DNA of 64,000 bases from Eledone cirrhosa. Lineage: Eukaryota. The notes beneath the pieces were generated by a model that had not been told where the DNA came from, did no database searches, and saw nothing but the letters and a program-made list of their open reading frames with translations. Of the stretch, positions 1-13,292 are shown in pieces. The DNA lies in NCBI GenBank assembly GCA_964016885.1, contig OZ024740.1, forward strand, positions 204,290,001 to 204,354,000. Reading direction: 5' to 3'. Each line of letters starts with the position of its first letter. Within the stretch, counting starts at the first letter, position 1. Made by a program: the position numbers and the translations under genes.

Positions 1-182
1 ACAAACTACCTGTATCTGTTGTTAGCTGTCGAGACACTGCATCAATCAAAACTTCCATGCTTCCCGAAATTCGCCAACACTACACCTGATATTCACCCTC
101 CATACACACGCACGCATTATTCTATGTATTATACATGTACCTTTGATGAGTTGTAATGCACCTGAGCACTGCACACCATAAC

Positions 183-380
183 TTGGCAGTATCGGTAGAG
201 GATCGGACGCCATGCTTTGCAGAATAGAGTTACGGTCCTTTACGGTCTGAGTTCAAATCCCGCCGAGGTTAACTTTGCCTTTCATCCTTACGGTGTCGAT
301 AAAGTAAAAGTACCAGTCCCGCACTGGGGTCGATTTAATCGACATCCACCTCCCCCCCCCCCAAAAAAAAAAATTGCTGG
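183..380 (+). mobile_element. tRNA-derived SINE (family 1), 3'-truncated and fused to the next copy
   Basis: A-box-like tggcagtatcggtagag, B-box gagttcaaatcccgcc, and central cctttcatcc...gtcgataaa...taccag block that recurs more than 10 times in the window. Confidence 0.85.
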
Positions 381-561
381 CAGTATCGGTAGAGGGTCGG
401 ATGCCATGCTTTGACGCATAGAGTTACGGCCCTTGCCATTCTGAGTTCAAATCCCGCCGAGGTTAACTTTACCTTTCATCATTACGGGGTCGATAAAATA
501 AAGTACCAGTAATGCACTGATATAATTGCTGGCCTTGTGCCAAAAGTAGAAACAATTATTA
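378..561 (+). mobile_element. tRNA-derived SINE (family 1) with (ATT)n tail
   Basis: Same motifs; ends aattgctggccttgtgccaaaagtagaaac-aattattatt. Confidence 0.9.
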
Positions 562-869
562 TTAAAGTATATATAGGCCTTGTGCCTATGTATACTTATT
601 AAATCATTATTAAAGTATATTTTGAAATACCTTGCAGCATGTTATATTTATACTTGTTTTAAGAAAAAAGCTAGTGTTCAGCAGTTAATATGCAGTGGGT
701 TGTCTTTTGCAGAGGGAAGAAAACATACGAAGAAATTTTCGTCCAACAACTTTTGTTGGTTTTCTTGAGGGGACGAGTGTCTCAGTCTTCGCACAGCGCT
801 GATTTCCATTCCAGCCGTACAGCACTCAGCATCAAACCTATCAAATGTATGCCGGACATCACCACGATC

Positions 870-1170
870 GCGAATATAACGGCCGAAATGGGGTTCCTCC
901 GAAGGGTTTTTGGAGTCATGTTACTCGATAGAGTGCGTAGCTCGGAGATGAGAGAGTCACTTCAGGTAGAACCGCCACTTCTCTGAATTGGGCGATCACA
1001 GCTCCGATACTATGGCCATGTGGTTAGAATGTCTCAGGAAAGAATCGCTGGACATATTTTACGGGTAAAACCAGCCTGCAAGAGACCCAGGGATAGACCC
1101 TGAGCAAGGAGTGTTTCAGGACTCTTCCCCCACAGCCCTCTCCGAAATAAGTGCGTGAAGAAGAAAATAA
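870..1170 (+). mobile_element. RTE-clade LINE 3' fragment
   Basis: AEMGFLRRVFGV..LDRVRSSEMRESL.VEPLLL..SQLRYYGHVVRM; near copy of 1985-2210 and 51844-52190; (GAA)-type tail. Confidence 0.8.
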
Positions 1171-1181
1171 AGGAGAAGGAT

Positions 1182-1246
<65 letters not shown>

Positions 1247-1719
1247 AGAAGAAATTTTGTTAGTTGACATTTCAGAGTTATTTTTTTTGCATCGATATAT
1301 GAATGAATGGATCTCCGTCGATTTCTACGATGAGTGTTCTAGTTTTTCGATCAACGGAACAGCCCGTTTCATGAAATTAACGTGGAAGTGGCTAAGCATT
1401 CCATCGACATGTTTACCCTTAACGTAATTCTCGGGGAGATTCAGCGTGAATTAGTTCATCCTACAATTTCCAGTACATGGGTTGGGCCAAGAGGCCTTGC
1501 ACTTGGATCGAACCCGGGAGCTAATGATTGCGAAGCGAACTTTTTAAACATTCAGCCATGCTGCGTTCACCGTGAAACTCAACGACAATATAAATTATAG
1601 TCCACGGGAAAAAAAGAAATTCTTTAAATAGAGCAGGCTACTTAAAACATTTGTCTGGTCCAGGGGAGATTACTTTGTGCTATTAGAGAAGTTAGTAACG
1701 TCCCTTGTCAAAATAAATT

Positions 1720-2350
1720 GTTAGATATATCCATATATGAAAGCAGGTAGAGAAGTTCAAGTGTCTCGGGGCCGTGTTCACGATTGGTGGAAGGCAGGAG
1801 GCTAAATTACGTGCAAGAATTGCTTTACCTGGTGCAGTAATGCGCCAGCTTCAGCATTCAGTAATCAGAAGAAGGGGGGTAGGCATAAAAGCCAAACTCG
1901 CTGTCTTCAATTCAGTTTTCGTGCCAATCCTCACCTATAGTCATGAATCTTGGGTAATGACCGAAAGAATACGATCGCGAATACAAGCGGCTGAAATGGG
2001 ATTCCTCCGAAGGGTCTTTGGAGTCACGTTACTCGATAAAGTGCGTAGCTCGGAGATGAAAGAGTCACTCCATGTAGAGCCGCTACTTCTCCGAATTGAG
2101 AGATCACAGCTCATGTGGTTAGAATGTCTCTGGAAAGAATCGCTGGACATATTTTACGGGCAAAACCAACCTGCAAGAGACACAGGGGTAGACCCAGAGC
2201 AAGATGGTTGGATAATATCCATGAGATTGGCTGGTCACGCTTGGGAATCAAGCCGGATCGGTTGGTGACAGTTACTTCTGGCAGGACCCGCTGGAAGGAG
2301 TGTTTGAGGACTCTGACCAACGACCCTCTCAAGAAGTAGAAAAAGAAGAC
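1720..2350 (+). mobile_element. RTE-clade LINE 3' fragment (frameshifted)
   Basis: KAKLAVFNSVFVPILTYSHESWVMTERIRSRIQAAEMGFLRR ... RHRGRPRARWLD, typical RTE thumb/C-terminus. Confidence 0.85.
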
Positions 2351-2469
2351 AATATATACATATAAATGTATTCACGTATGCATGACCTTGGCTGGTATGG
2401 AGAGGGGTGGGAGTTTATGGAGGTATATACGATATGTTTGTGTATAATAAACAACCTTGTCGCTTTGGC

Positions 2470-2790
2470 CACCAACCAGAGGTCTGCTGCCTGCGGGGGA
2501 GAGGAAGATAGTCAAATACCGGGGCCTGGTCGACCACTTCCTCTTTGAACCGTGCCCTTGGTCTCAGCACTGTTGGTTTCCTCCGTAAAGTCAGAAAGAC
2601 AGCAGCCGGCTTGATGAGGGGGGCTCCGTGAGGTGGGGGTGGCTGTTGCAGCAGGTGCCTCTGAACATTCTCTGCGTTAACGCTTTTGCTATTTTGTCCG
2701 CGGGTGCGGCTGAGGCACCTTTCATGACATTGTAAGAGTGTGTATATTGAATAAATTGTATAATTTTACAAAGAAACAAAAGAAAACAAA
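2470..2790 (+). mobile_element. CRE-like (RLE) non-LTR retrotransposon 3' remnant
   Basis: Decayed KYRGL..FLF.P...FLRK...LLQ...NAFAILS; homologous to 50280-50575 and 60115-60600; followed by aataaa and A-rich tail. Confidence 0.6.
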
Positions 2791-3515
2791 AGCGAGTCTC
2801 GCTCTGACTGTTTTAAGTTGTGGTTATGTTACAGCTATCTCTGTAACCATGTGAGAATACCAAAATCCTGTGTTTCAGATTTGTTATCCGTCATCGGTGT
2901 TATCCATCATCGATGTTCATTCACTCGGTACCGAGACAAGAATAAGCTATAGCTTATATAGATATCGTATGTGCCTCCATCGACAGTCGATCAATTTTCG
3001 CCAAATCGGACCAAGGAAACAATGTTTCTATTGGTCTTTCCAATTGCTAATACTCTCTTTCGGTCACAACTCCAGGTAGAAGGAGCAAATGAAATAAAGT
3101 GTCTTGCCAAGGACATTTAGATGATATGGTGGTCATCTGTTACAGAAAGATAGGGTTATAGAGGATAGCTAGTCAATGTCCGATGGGAATATCTTCTATT
3201 TTTTATATGTTATGACTCCATTGAATTTACGGGAAGTTATTGGTAGTGTATGCATTGGTATCAGAGTAAAAACAACAGAGCTTATCAACGTAACAATTGT
3301 TTTATTGATGGATTGGTGTGTGCATAAATGTTAGTTCATACCTGGAGCTATATGTTAGCAAACAGCAGTAAGAAAGAATCGGAATGCATGTCTATCCCTA
3401 GGCCCTTTGATGGGGGTCCCTAGGAAGATGTTATCAGTTCGGAGGCTGCAGTCCAACTGTCCCTTAGCAAAGGCTATGCTTTGACTTGACGTCATAAAAA
3501 GGGAGGCGACTCTCA

Positions 3516-3572
3516 CTACAGACATAACACATCGCCCGGTCCAGGAATCGAACTCACAACCTCACGATTGCG

Positions 3573-3578
<6 letters not shown>
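3516..3578 (-). mobile_element. tRNA-derived SINE head fragment
   Basis: Reverse strand reads caatcgtgaggttgtgagttcgattcctggaccggg (anticodon arm and B-box). Confidence 0.6.
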
Positions 3579-3616
<38 letters not shown>

Positions 3617-3643
3617 TAGAAGTGTTACATTCGTGAGAAATAT

Positions 3644-3652
<9 letters not shown>

Positions 3653-3698
<46 letters not shown>
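3653..3698. repeat. (TAA)n microsatellite; left boundary of the retrotransposon stack and 3' tail of element A1
   Basis: About 15 perfect TAA units abutting the element 3' end. Confidence 0.95.
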
Positions 3699-3700
<2 letters not shown>

Positions 3701-3960
3701 TTTCTTTATTAACCACAAGGGTTTACATAAAGTAGACATTAAGGACAGTGCAGGACAATGCAGGACGGTACAAATGGGCATTTCTGCGTGTAAAAAAACA
3801 AAAACAGAGGATGTAACAAAAATAACAATGAAAATAACAATGAAAAATTCCCCAATAGGGGGGAGACTTCGGAGGGACATTTGTGGAGAAAGCCCAGTAA
3901 AAAGCCACAATGACCCTGACCACCAAGGCAAGTGCCCTCTCCCAGTTTTCCACCTTTAGT

Positions 3961-6900
3961 TTACAGATATATACTCAGAGTCGGCCCATTCACTCGGGCC
4001 ATTCTTGCTTCTCTCACCCATCTTTCAACAAAATGCTGGGAAGAGAGCACTTCCTTCTCTACTCTGATTTTCCTTTTCAAATGAAATTTGAAAAAGTCAA
4101 TCAGAGCATCACCGAAGAGGTAAGTGCTCGTCTTCAGCCCTTTCAAACGTGTCCACCATACTATCTCTTTCGCCATGGCCACCAGACAGATAAAAACTGC
4201 CTGCCCTTCCCGGCTAAAGGAGGAGGGCGGGGCAATCCTCACGATAGACTCAGATGATAGCTGGATCCGTCCTAAACGCGACAGCAGGTGTTCGACATAA
4301 ACCCACAAGTCAGCAATTTTCGGACACTGGACGAGTGCGTGCAGGACGGTTTCGTCGCCCTGCGCGCATCTCGGACATGCCCGGCTGACGGCACCTCCAT
4401 GCCTGTAGAGTTTATCCCGAACTGGCAAGGCTCCTCGGTAGCACTGCCAGGCCAGAGATTTCTGGAAGTTGTCCATAGGCCCCGGCCCGAAAGTTCTTCC
4501 GAAGAGATTGGCTAGTTGATTTTCGTCGACGCCTAGAGTTTCCCCAAGTACGTCGTCGCTCTTACCCTCCACTAATCCTCTATAGAACGCCGAGGTGGAG
4601 TTTCCACCGATCACATTGCCCGATTGGTCGAGGGCTGTGAGCGCCTGAAGACATTCCAGTCTCCAGGCGCTCCCTCTCGGTCTTCGCTTGACCCAGGACT
4701 GCAGCTCCGTCAAGGAAACGAGCTGGGGAAATACGTGTCTAGCAAACGGCGACCACACCTGATCACCGTCGAGGAAGAGGTGGAGATGTCGTAGCCTGAG
4801 CGCGTGCCTGCGCATCATCAGCCACGGCATGCCCAGCCCTCCACGTAGCGGGTGTTGACAACAGATGCCTCTCCAGGTGCCGAGCTGCAGGCCCACTGAC
4901 TTTTCTTGGTTGATCATTGCTCCTGTCACCGCTTCGTATTCTCTTAGTGTAGTGCCGATCGCCTCGATGTGTTTGGCGTTCGACACCACTACGGTGACAT
5001 CGTCGGCATATGCTGACACGGATCTTCCGCATCCTAGTTCGCGCGGGATGCCCCTCAACGTCTCCAGTTTGGGCAGTAATGGCTCGAGAGTCAATACGTA
5101 CAAGAGGAACGAGAGGGGACATCCTTGGCGGACCGAGCGCATGATGTTGAACGGTTCCGACAGGTGACCGTTCACTCTCACCACAGAGCAGATGTCGCTG
5201 TGCATGGCAGCGATCCAGCCTCTGAAGACGGGCCCAAAGCCAGCCGCCCTCAGGACTGCCGCTAGGTAACGATGGTCGACCCTATCGAAAGCTTTCGACT
5301 GATCTAAATTGATCAAGGACCCACCCGTGCCAGGTTCCCTAGCTACACTCTCTACGATGTATCGCATGAGGTGGAGGTTGTCGTGGATGGATCTATCGGG
5401 AATGGCGCATGTCTGCGCCTCTCCCACCAGACCACCAACGACAAGCGCCAACCTCTTTGCTAGCACCTAGGCCAAAATCTTGAACTCTGTGTTTAGCAGA
5501 GTTATGGGCCGGAAATTATCTATGTTATCCCCCTTGTTCGGATCCTTTCTCAGCAGTACCACCGCTCCTCGGCTCACAGAACTGGGAATTCTCCCGTTCT
5601 GTTGCCAGTTGCAGTAGACGTCCGCCAAGAGGCCTCCGAACAAGTCTGGCATCTGTACGTAAAGTTCATAGGGCAGACCATCCAAACCAGGCAATTTACC
5701 CCTTGTGCAGCCAGTCATTGCCTCCCTTACTTCAGCGGCTGTTATCGGCTTTTCGCAACACTTCGCCTCAGTGGCCGAGAGACCCCGAACAGCTGAGCGA
5801 AGTGTCGCTGAAAAGCTTCACACATTTGCCCGGGATCGAGTAACATGCGCCCGTCGTGGTCCACCAAAGACCGGATCGTGGCTTTGTTGCCACGACGCGC
5901 CTCCGCCACTCGGGCCCATTGAACGGCTTTCGTCCCCTCGTGTCTGAGAGCACGCACCCTTGCTCTGACAACGCAGCCTTCGTGCTTTGCATTGAAGAAT
6001 TGGTCAAGGGCCAATTTCGCCGCAAGCACGTCGGTCGCAATGCCTTTGCTAAGCGCCTCGTCTAATTTTCTAACTAGTTCTCCCTCTGCTCTATTTTTCT
6101 CTATTGCTAAAGCCTTACTAAACCTAATGGATTCTATTCTAATCGCTCTTTTCAGAGCAAACCACCACTTGTTGTTGACGATGGCCCCCGTCAATGCCCG
6201 CTTAACTAGTTCGCTAATCCGGTCTCTGTAGGCCTTGCGCGCTGGTAAGGACGCGTTTAGCTTCCAGTAGCCGGGTCCTCGTCTATGAAGCCTATCTAAG
6301 TCAAGCACACAGATCACGAATTTGTGGTCCGTGTAGCTGACTATCTTGAATTGTGGACAGCCTATGCTAGACCTATCTATTTCCCTACAAAATACTCTAT
6401 CTAGATATGATCTGGATGACCCTATGAGATTTGTCCAAGTCCACATTGGCACATTCGGGAAATCCAATCGGTACCTGTCAGACAGTTCAAAACGCCTGAG
6501 CAGGTTGGTGAGGCTCTTGCACCCTCCACCCCTATCCGCTAATCCCACACAGTCCCAGCGTGCATCTAAGATCCCGTTCCAGTGGCCCACTAACACTAAA
6601 GAGCGGGACGTTCCAAGAAAGGTCTCCAGACGCCGGAAGAAATCAGGCCGCCCTGCTCCTGTCGGGGCATAGACGGCCACTAGCCTGAAAGCTTGCCCGT
6701 CTCCGCTGGTCACGTCCAGCACCACCAACTTACCCTCTGGGTCCAGGAAGATGGCCCGTATGGCGAGATCCAAACCTCTCCGAAAAAGCACAGCAACTCT
6801 TCCCCCCGATCCAGGACGGCTGGGAGATGCGTACACATCGTAGCCGCCGAAGATCGGTGCGAAGGCCGGTGCTTCGGAGATTCTGGTCTCGCTGATGGCC

Positions 6901-7004
6901 ACTACATCTATGTTTAGTGACCTGAGGTCGTTGAGCAGGTGACCCTGCTTCCATGACGACCCCAAGCCACGCGCATTTATGCTGCCTATTCTGAGTGAGT
7001 TCAT
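3961..7004 (-). pseudogene. Family A1 ORF2 (APE endonuclease + RT + CCHC), disrupted
   Basis: SINARGL, AISET, VYAP, YLDR, TDH, YWKLN, DQSKAFDRVDH, QGCPLS, AYADD, CPRC..ETVLHALVQC. Relative to A2: deletions near 4867 (~320 bp) and 5780 (~58 bp), and a TAG at 5467. Confidence 0.92.
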
Positions 7005-7039
7005 GTTTAAAATAGAGTGGAAAAGATGGGAAAGACCAC

Positions 7040-9152
7040 TTACCGTACTTTTCGTAGAGGAGGGATGGTTTTTACATCCCTTTTCACTTGATCGTCTGGT
7101 GAAGGGACTGTTGAATCGTCCCTTCGGCTGGTCATCGGCTCTTCTATGAGTATGTCCGAATATACTCTTCGGTTGATAGTTCCTCCTAGGTCTCTGAAAT
7201 CACCAACTGCGTTGGGGAATTTCGTTTTAATGTTTGTGTATTGTTTCTGTGCTATTTTTAGCAGTCTTATGTTAGTTGGCGTTTTGATTGGTGCTGGTAT
7301 TATGTAGTCGTGTTGTGAAATGTCTGTGTGTTCAATTATGTAAGTCATTAGTTTCTTGTTGTGTGTATTTATTGCCGTGCATTTGTTTTTCTGGGGGTGG
7401 GGTGTGGTTCTGCTATTTTCTTGTTTTTGCTGGGTGTGTGTGTTTTGTTGTTGTGTTTGCGATGTTGGTGCTTGTGGTGGTGGTGTTGAAGGTGTTGTTG
7501 TTGTTGGCGGTGGGGTTGTCGCCGGTGGTGATGGTGGTGCTAGTGTGGGTTGTGATGGTGTTGGTGGTGTTGCTGCTGTGAGTCTCTTTGCAATAGACTT
7601 TACCCTTTTTTCATTTCTTTCCTCCCTTTTCAAAGGCGACGATGCGCTGCTTCTGCGTTTGTGCCTTCTTACGACCTTTTGCCATTCCTCTCCCACCTCA
7701 CACTCCATGTCTGATTATGTGAGGTCGGGGAGGGGTACCAGCTCCACTCTTTCACTTGTTGTTGTTGGTGATGTTTGCACTGGAGTCTCTGTTTCAGCTG
7801 CATTTGGTATTGCTGTTGTTGTTAATACTTCCACTGCTGCTGCTGTTTTTGATTTCCGTGGCGTGGGTATGGGTGCCACGGACCTATCGTTCCTGGTTGC
7901 CGCTTGTCCTGTTGCTGGTAGCCGTGGAGCCGGTTTCGGGAGGAGGGGGGTTTCTCCTTTCTCAGGGTCTTCTCGTTGCAGAAGGCCCTGAGGTGAGTCT
8001 TCGATCCACAGCGAAAGCATTTCGGGCGTTTGCCCTCAACACTTATGGGCAGTTGAGTGCCGTTATCGAAGTCTATCACATCCGGGATAGCTTCGATGCA
8101 CTCCTGGTTGGTTTGGATTAACATCTCAATGGAGGTGCCGACCCAATCTTCTCTTACTTTTTTCTGTACTTGCAGTACAGTTGTTTTGTCCTCGATTCCG
8201 ACGAGGACAGATGCGGCCAGCCAAGAAGGGGCCATCCCGGGGGGGGGGCGTGGGTCAGTTTGACCCTCACAATTTTTTGCCCGCAGTAGGAGGGCACCAA
8301 CACCATTTCCTCGCTCCTTAGGGTCACTACGGATTGAACCTTTTCCTCCTGGGGTGTGGCAAAAAGTACGTCTACGGTGGCATATTTCTTGCCTCGGGTG
8401 ATGTGTGTTTTCCGCTGCCACACAGACCCCAAGGCTTTTTGTATTTGAGCCTCTGTGGCTCTTTCCACCCTACGGGATTTTGTACTTACTGTACGGTACG
8501 TGACCGTACAGTGCTGTTGGGTTTCGAAAAAATTTTCCGCTGCCTTGCAGATTGCTCGGTGTCCAGTCTTTGTCACCATCTTCTTCGCTTCCTCTAATTC
8601 CTCATTTGTTATGAGGATTGTTTCCAGGTTCTTCGCGATACCTGCAAACGAGATTGGTTTTTCTTTGCTGCTGTTGTTGTTGTTGTTGTTGTCGTCAGAG
8701 CTGCTGTTACTTTTGTTGTTGCTGCAGGTACTACGACTACTGCCGCCGCCGCTGTTGCTGTGGTTGTTGTTGTTGTTGTTGCTGCTGCTAATGCTGTTGT
8801 TGTTTATGCTGCTGCTGATGCTGTTGCGGCTGCTACTGTTGTTTTCATTGTCACTGTTGCTGTTGCTATTACGGCTGCTACTGCTATTATTCCTGACGTC
8901 AGACGAATGAAATGGGTTTTCGTATTTCCCGCACACCTGTTTCGTCGTCGTTGTCGTCGTCGTCGTGGAGAAATCTTGCACGCTTTGCACGAGACTTTTC
9001 TTTTCTGTCGTCGCTTGCGAAAGAGAAGGGAGGGAGAGAGACACATTTAAAGAAGGGAGGGAGAGAGACAATCTTCTCTCTGCTGTAGTGACGATTGAGG
9101 AAGAAGACGGAATGAGTGGGAGTGACCTATGAACATTCTTTTTCGTAGCCAT
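7040..9152 (-). pseudogene. Family A1 ORF1 (gag-like), frameshifted
   Basis: Split over ORFs 8154-9191, 7822-8421, 7715-8020 and 7040-7708; knuckle CFRCGSKTHLRAFC. Confidence 0.88.
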
Positions 9153-9371
9153 GTTGTTTTTTTTTTTGTTTAAAATAAATATTGGGCACAAAACCCCAAT
9201 AAGCAGTTATTTAACCCCGAAGGGCCAAATAACGGGCAGAAAGACCCCTCTCACGAGGAGGAGGGTGTTTTTGTCTACAAGTTGGTAAAAGTTTTAAACA
9301 ATTTACAATTGTTATAACGTTCAAAATTTACAATACCTTACAGAGCAGAGCCTCCGTCAACCATAGCATTC

Positions 9372-9428
<57 letters not shown>
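9372..9428. repeat. (AAT)n spacer between the A1 5' end and the SINE 3' end
   Basis: About 19 perfect AAT units. Confidence 0.95.
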
Positions 9429-9608
9429 TGTTTCTACTTTTGGCACAAGGCCAGCAATTATATCAGTGCATTACTGGTACTTTATTTTATCGACCCCGTA
9501 ATGATGAAAGGTAAAGTTAACCTCGGCGGGATTTGAACTCAGAATGGCAAGGGCCGTAACTCTATGCGCCAAAGCATGGCATCCGACACTCTACCGATAC
9601 TGCCAATT
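9429..9608 (-). mobile_element. SINE family 1 copy inside the stack
   Basis: Reverse complement of 378-553 with 2 substitutions by eye. Confidence 0.9.
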
Positions 9609-9889
9609 AATGATCTCATTTATTAACCACAAGGACCGACATGTAGGGGACAATACAAAGACAGGGACAGTGGGGTTTACAATAAGGTCGAGTAAAAGTG
9701 CACAATGGCAAGACTAATTTAACAATGAAAATATAAAAATATAAAATAAACTATGCATAAATATAACAAAATAAATTCCCCGATAGGGGGTGGACGACCC
9801 TGGGGTGATTCGGGTACCCCACCAATCCTGAACCACCCTGCGCTTCTAGGGCACCCAGGGAGGGCACCCCTCTCCTCAAGTTAGCCAGC

Positions 9890-12800
9890 CTATAGGCGCA
9901 TGGTCAGAGTAGGCCCATTCACACGAGCCATTCTCGCCACATTCACCCACCTTTTAGCAAATGTACTGGGGGACAGCACTTCTCTCTCCACCCTCACCCT
10001 CCTTTCCAGGTGAAACTTGAAGAAGTTGATGAGGGATTGGCCGAAAAGAAAAGTGTCTGTCTTTAGTCCTTTCAACCTGGTCCACCATATAATCTCTTTC
10101 GCAACTGCCACCAGACAGAGGAAAATGTCCTGCTCTTCCTGACCTAAGGAAGGTGGGGGCTCGATCTTCACTATGGACTCGGCCGATAGCCGGATTCGTT
10201 CCACACGCGACAGAAGCTGTTCGACATAACTCCACAAGTCAGTAATGCACGGACATTGGACAAGTGCGTGCAGAACGGTTTCGTCGTTCTGTGCGCATCT
10301 TGGGCAGGTCCGTCTGACAGCACTTCCGTGCCTGTAGAGTTTATCCCGAACCGGCAGTACCCCCCCCCCCCCGGTAGCACTGCCAAGCGAGGGATTTCTG
10401 GAAATTGTCCATCGTCCCCGGCTCAAAAGTCCTCCGGTACAGACTGGTCAGTTCGACTTCGTCGAGGCCCAAAGCTTCTCCGAGTGCGTCATCGCACTTG
10501 CCCACCACTAATCCTCTATAGAACTCGAGAGTGGAAGTTCAACTGATCGCATTGCCAGGTGCCAGTCACCCAGTCTCGGTCTCTTCTTGGCCCAGGACTG
10601 CAGCTCAGTCAAAGAAATGAGCTGCGGAAAGGCCCGTCTGATAAACGGCGACCACACCTGTTCACCATTGAGGCAGAATATCTGGAGATGTCGCAGCCTC
10701 AACGCATGTCTGCGCATCATTAGCCACGGCATGCCCAGCCCTCCGCGTAGAGGGTGCTGGCAGCAGATGGACCGCCTCACCAACGGAACTTGTCCCCTCC
10801 ACAAGAATTTGAAGAGGAGCCGTTCCAACTTGACGAGGCGCGGACGGTGGCAAGGCACGACGGTTAGGCGGTAGTATATGACGGACGCGATGTACGCATT
10901 CGCCACCTCCGCGCGACCTTTCAGTGATAGCTTCCTCCCAGCCCATTTTTTGGTGAGACTGGCTGCTCTGCTCGTTACCTCGTCCCAATTCTTTTCCACC
11001 TGGAGGTCTGGTCCGAACCAAACCCCGAGCAACTTTACCGGTCCGTCCGTCCAGCGCCCCACGACGCTGTTGGACGGCATGGGCTTGCCTCTCCAGGTTC
11101 CGAGCTGCAAGCCCACCGACTTTTCCGGGTTAAGTTTGGCTCCTGTCAACCTTTCATATTCCTTCAGTAAGGTGCCGACCACCTCGATTTCTGAGGTGTT
11201 CGACACCATCACGGTGATGTCGTCCGCATAAGCCGACACCGTCTTTCCACGTCCCGGTTCGAGCGGGATGCCCTGCAACAGCTCCAGCTTCCGCAGTAAA
11301 GGCTCGAGAGTCAATACGTACAGAAAGGAAGAGAGAGGGCACCCTTGACGGACCGATCGGGAGAGCCGAAATGGTTCCGAGAGGTGGTCATTAACCTTGA
11401 CCACCGAGCGTGTGCCGCTGTGCATTGCAACGATCCAGCTTCTAAAGACAGGGCCGAAGCCAGTCGCTTTGAGGACAAACTCCAGATACCGATGGTCGAC
11501 CCTATCGAATCCTTTCGATTGATCTAAATTGATCAGTGCCCCACCGAAGCCAGGTTTACACCCTACCCTCTCTATGATGTATCGCATGAGGTGGAGATTG
11601 TCGTGTATGGACCTGGCTGGGATTGCGCAAGTTTGCGCCTCCCCAACCAAATCCTCGACGACAAGCGCCAATCTCTTTGCTAACACCTTGGCCAAAATCT
11701 TAAACTCTGTGTTGAGCAGAGTTATGGGCCTGAAGTTGTATAATGTATCCCTCTTGTTCTCGTCTTTCCTTATCAGCGTCACCACTCCCCTGCTCACAGA
11801 ACTGGGAATACTCCCATTCTGCTGCCAGTTACAGTAGAGTGCTTCGAGGAGTTCGGAGAACAAGTCTGGCATATTTACGTAAAGCTCGTAGGGCAGGCCA
11901 TCCAAACCGGGTGACTTGCACCTCATGCAGCCGACAAGGGCGTCCTGAATTTCAGCTGAAGTAATCGGCCTTTCGCAGCGCTCAGCGTCGACCGTCAAGA
12001 TGCGCGACAAGCCGTCAAGGTAGGGACTGTAATCCGCTACTCTCTCTGACTCGCCACTCTCCCTGAACAACCGAGCAAAGTGCTGGCGAAAGGCCTCACA
12101 CATCCGCTTGGAATCGCTTATCTCGTGTCCGTCTCGGTCCGTCAAAGACCGAATTGTGGTTTTATTACCACGCTGCGCCTCTGCCACGCGGGCCCATCGA
12201 ACAGCTTTAGTTCCCTCGATTCTCAGCGCACGCGCCTTAGCTCTGACAATGCAACCTTCGTGTTTGGCGTTGAAGAAATGGTCTAATGCCATTCTCGCCG
12301 CTAGCACGTCAGTTGCGATGCCACTACAAATACCCTCGTCTAACTTATCTACCAGCTCCCCCTCCTTTCTATTTTTCTCTAACGCTAGTTCTTTGCTGAA
12401 CTCTATCGAAGTTACTCTAATCTCTCTTTTGAGAGCCCCCCACCATCTGTTGTTGATAATCCCCCCTGTCAACTTTTGCTTAACTAAATTGTTGACTCGG
12501 TCCCTGTAAGCCTTACGTGCCGGAAATGACATGTTCAGCTTCCAGTAACCCGGTCCTAACCTACGCGTTTTATTTAGGTCGACCGTACAGATCACAAATT
12601 TGTGATCTGAATAGGCGACCGTTTTAAAAAGTGGACAGCCCACACTATTTCTATCTATTTTCCTAATGAAGATCCTGTCTATATACGATCTAGATGACCC
12701 CATTCGGTTGGTCCATGTCCATACTGGCACATTGGGGAAATCTAGTCGATACCTGTCAGACAGTTGGAACTGGCTGAGTAGGTGCTTGAGGCTTTTGCAC

Positions 12801-13283
12801 CCCCCGCTCCTATCGGCTACTCCCACACAATCCCAGCGTGCGTCTATGATGCCATTCCAGTCCCCCGCTAACAGTAAAGGGCGAGACATACCCAGAAAGC
12901 TCTCCAGCCGCCTAAAGAAGTCAGGTCGTCCGGCCCCTGTAGGGGCATAGACGGCCACCAGTCTAAAGGCACCACCTTCGCTACTGCTCACATCCAAGAC
13001 CACCAACTTACCGTCCGGGTCCCGGAAGATCGACCTTACCTCGAGATTCCAGTCCTTTCCCAAACAGCACTGCCACCCCACCTCCCATTCCCGGCCTGCT
13101 AACAGATGCGAAGATCTGATAGTCGTCGAAAATGGGGGCTAGTGCGCGCGTGTCGGAAATTCTGGTCTCGCTTACGGCAATCACATCCATTTCCAGCGAC
13201 CGGAGGTCGTTGAGCAGGGGACCCTGCTTCCAGGGTGACCCCAGGCCGCGAACATTTAAACTTCCTACTCTTAATATGGCTAT
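9890..13283 (-). pseudogene. Family B ORF2 (APE-RT-CCHC), frameshifted
   Basis: ILRVGSLNVRGLG, IAVSET, YSDH, YWKLN, DQSKGFDRVDH, AYADD, GGLGMP; breaks near 13070, 10550 and 10370; start position reads ATA. Confidence 0.9.
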
Positions 13284-13292
13284 ATTGGTAAG

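Larger units (their letters stand above)
3699..9371 (-). mobile_element. Full-length Tx1/L1-clade non-LTR retrotransposon, family A copy 1 (defective)
   Basis: ORF1 with zinc knuckle and ORF2 APE-RT-CCHC; AATAAA 6 nt before the (ATT)n tail; (TAA)n on both sides; colinear with 15541-21542. Confidence 0.93.

Noticed and set aside
183-561. SINE heads as functional tRNA genes
   Set aside because: No closed cloverleaf; they continue into the SINE body and tail and are multicopy
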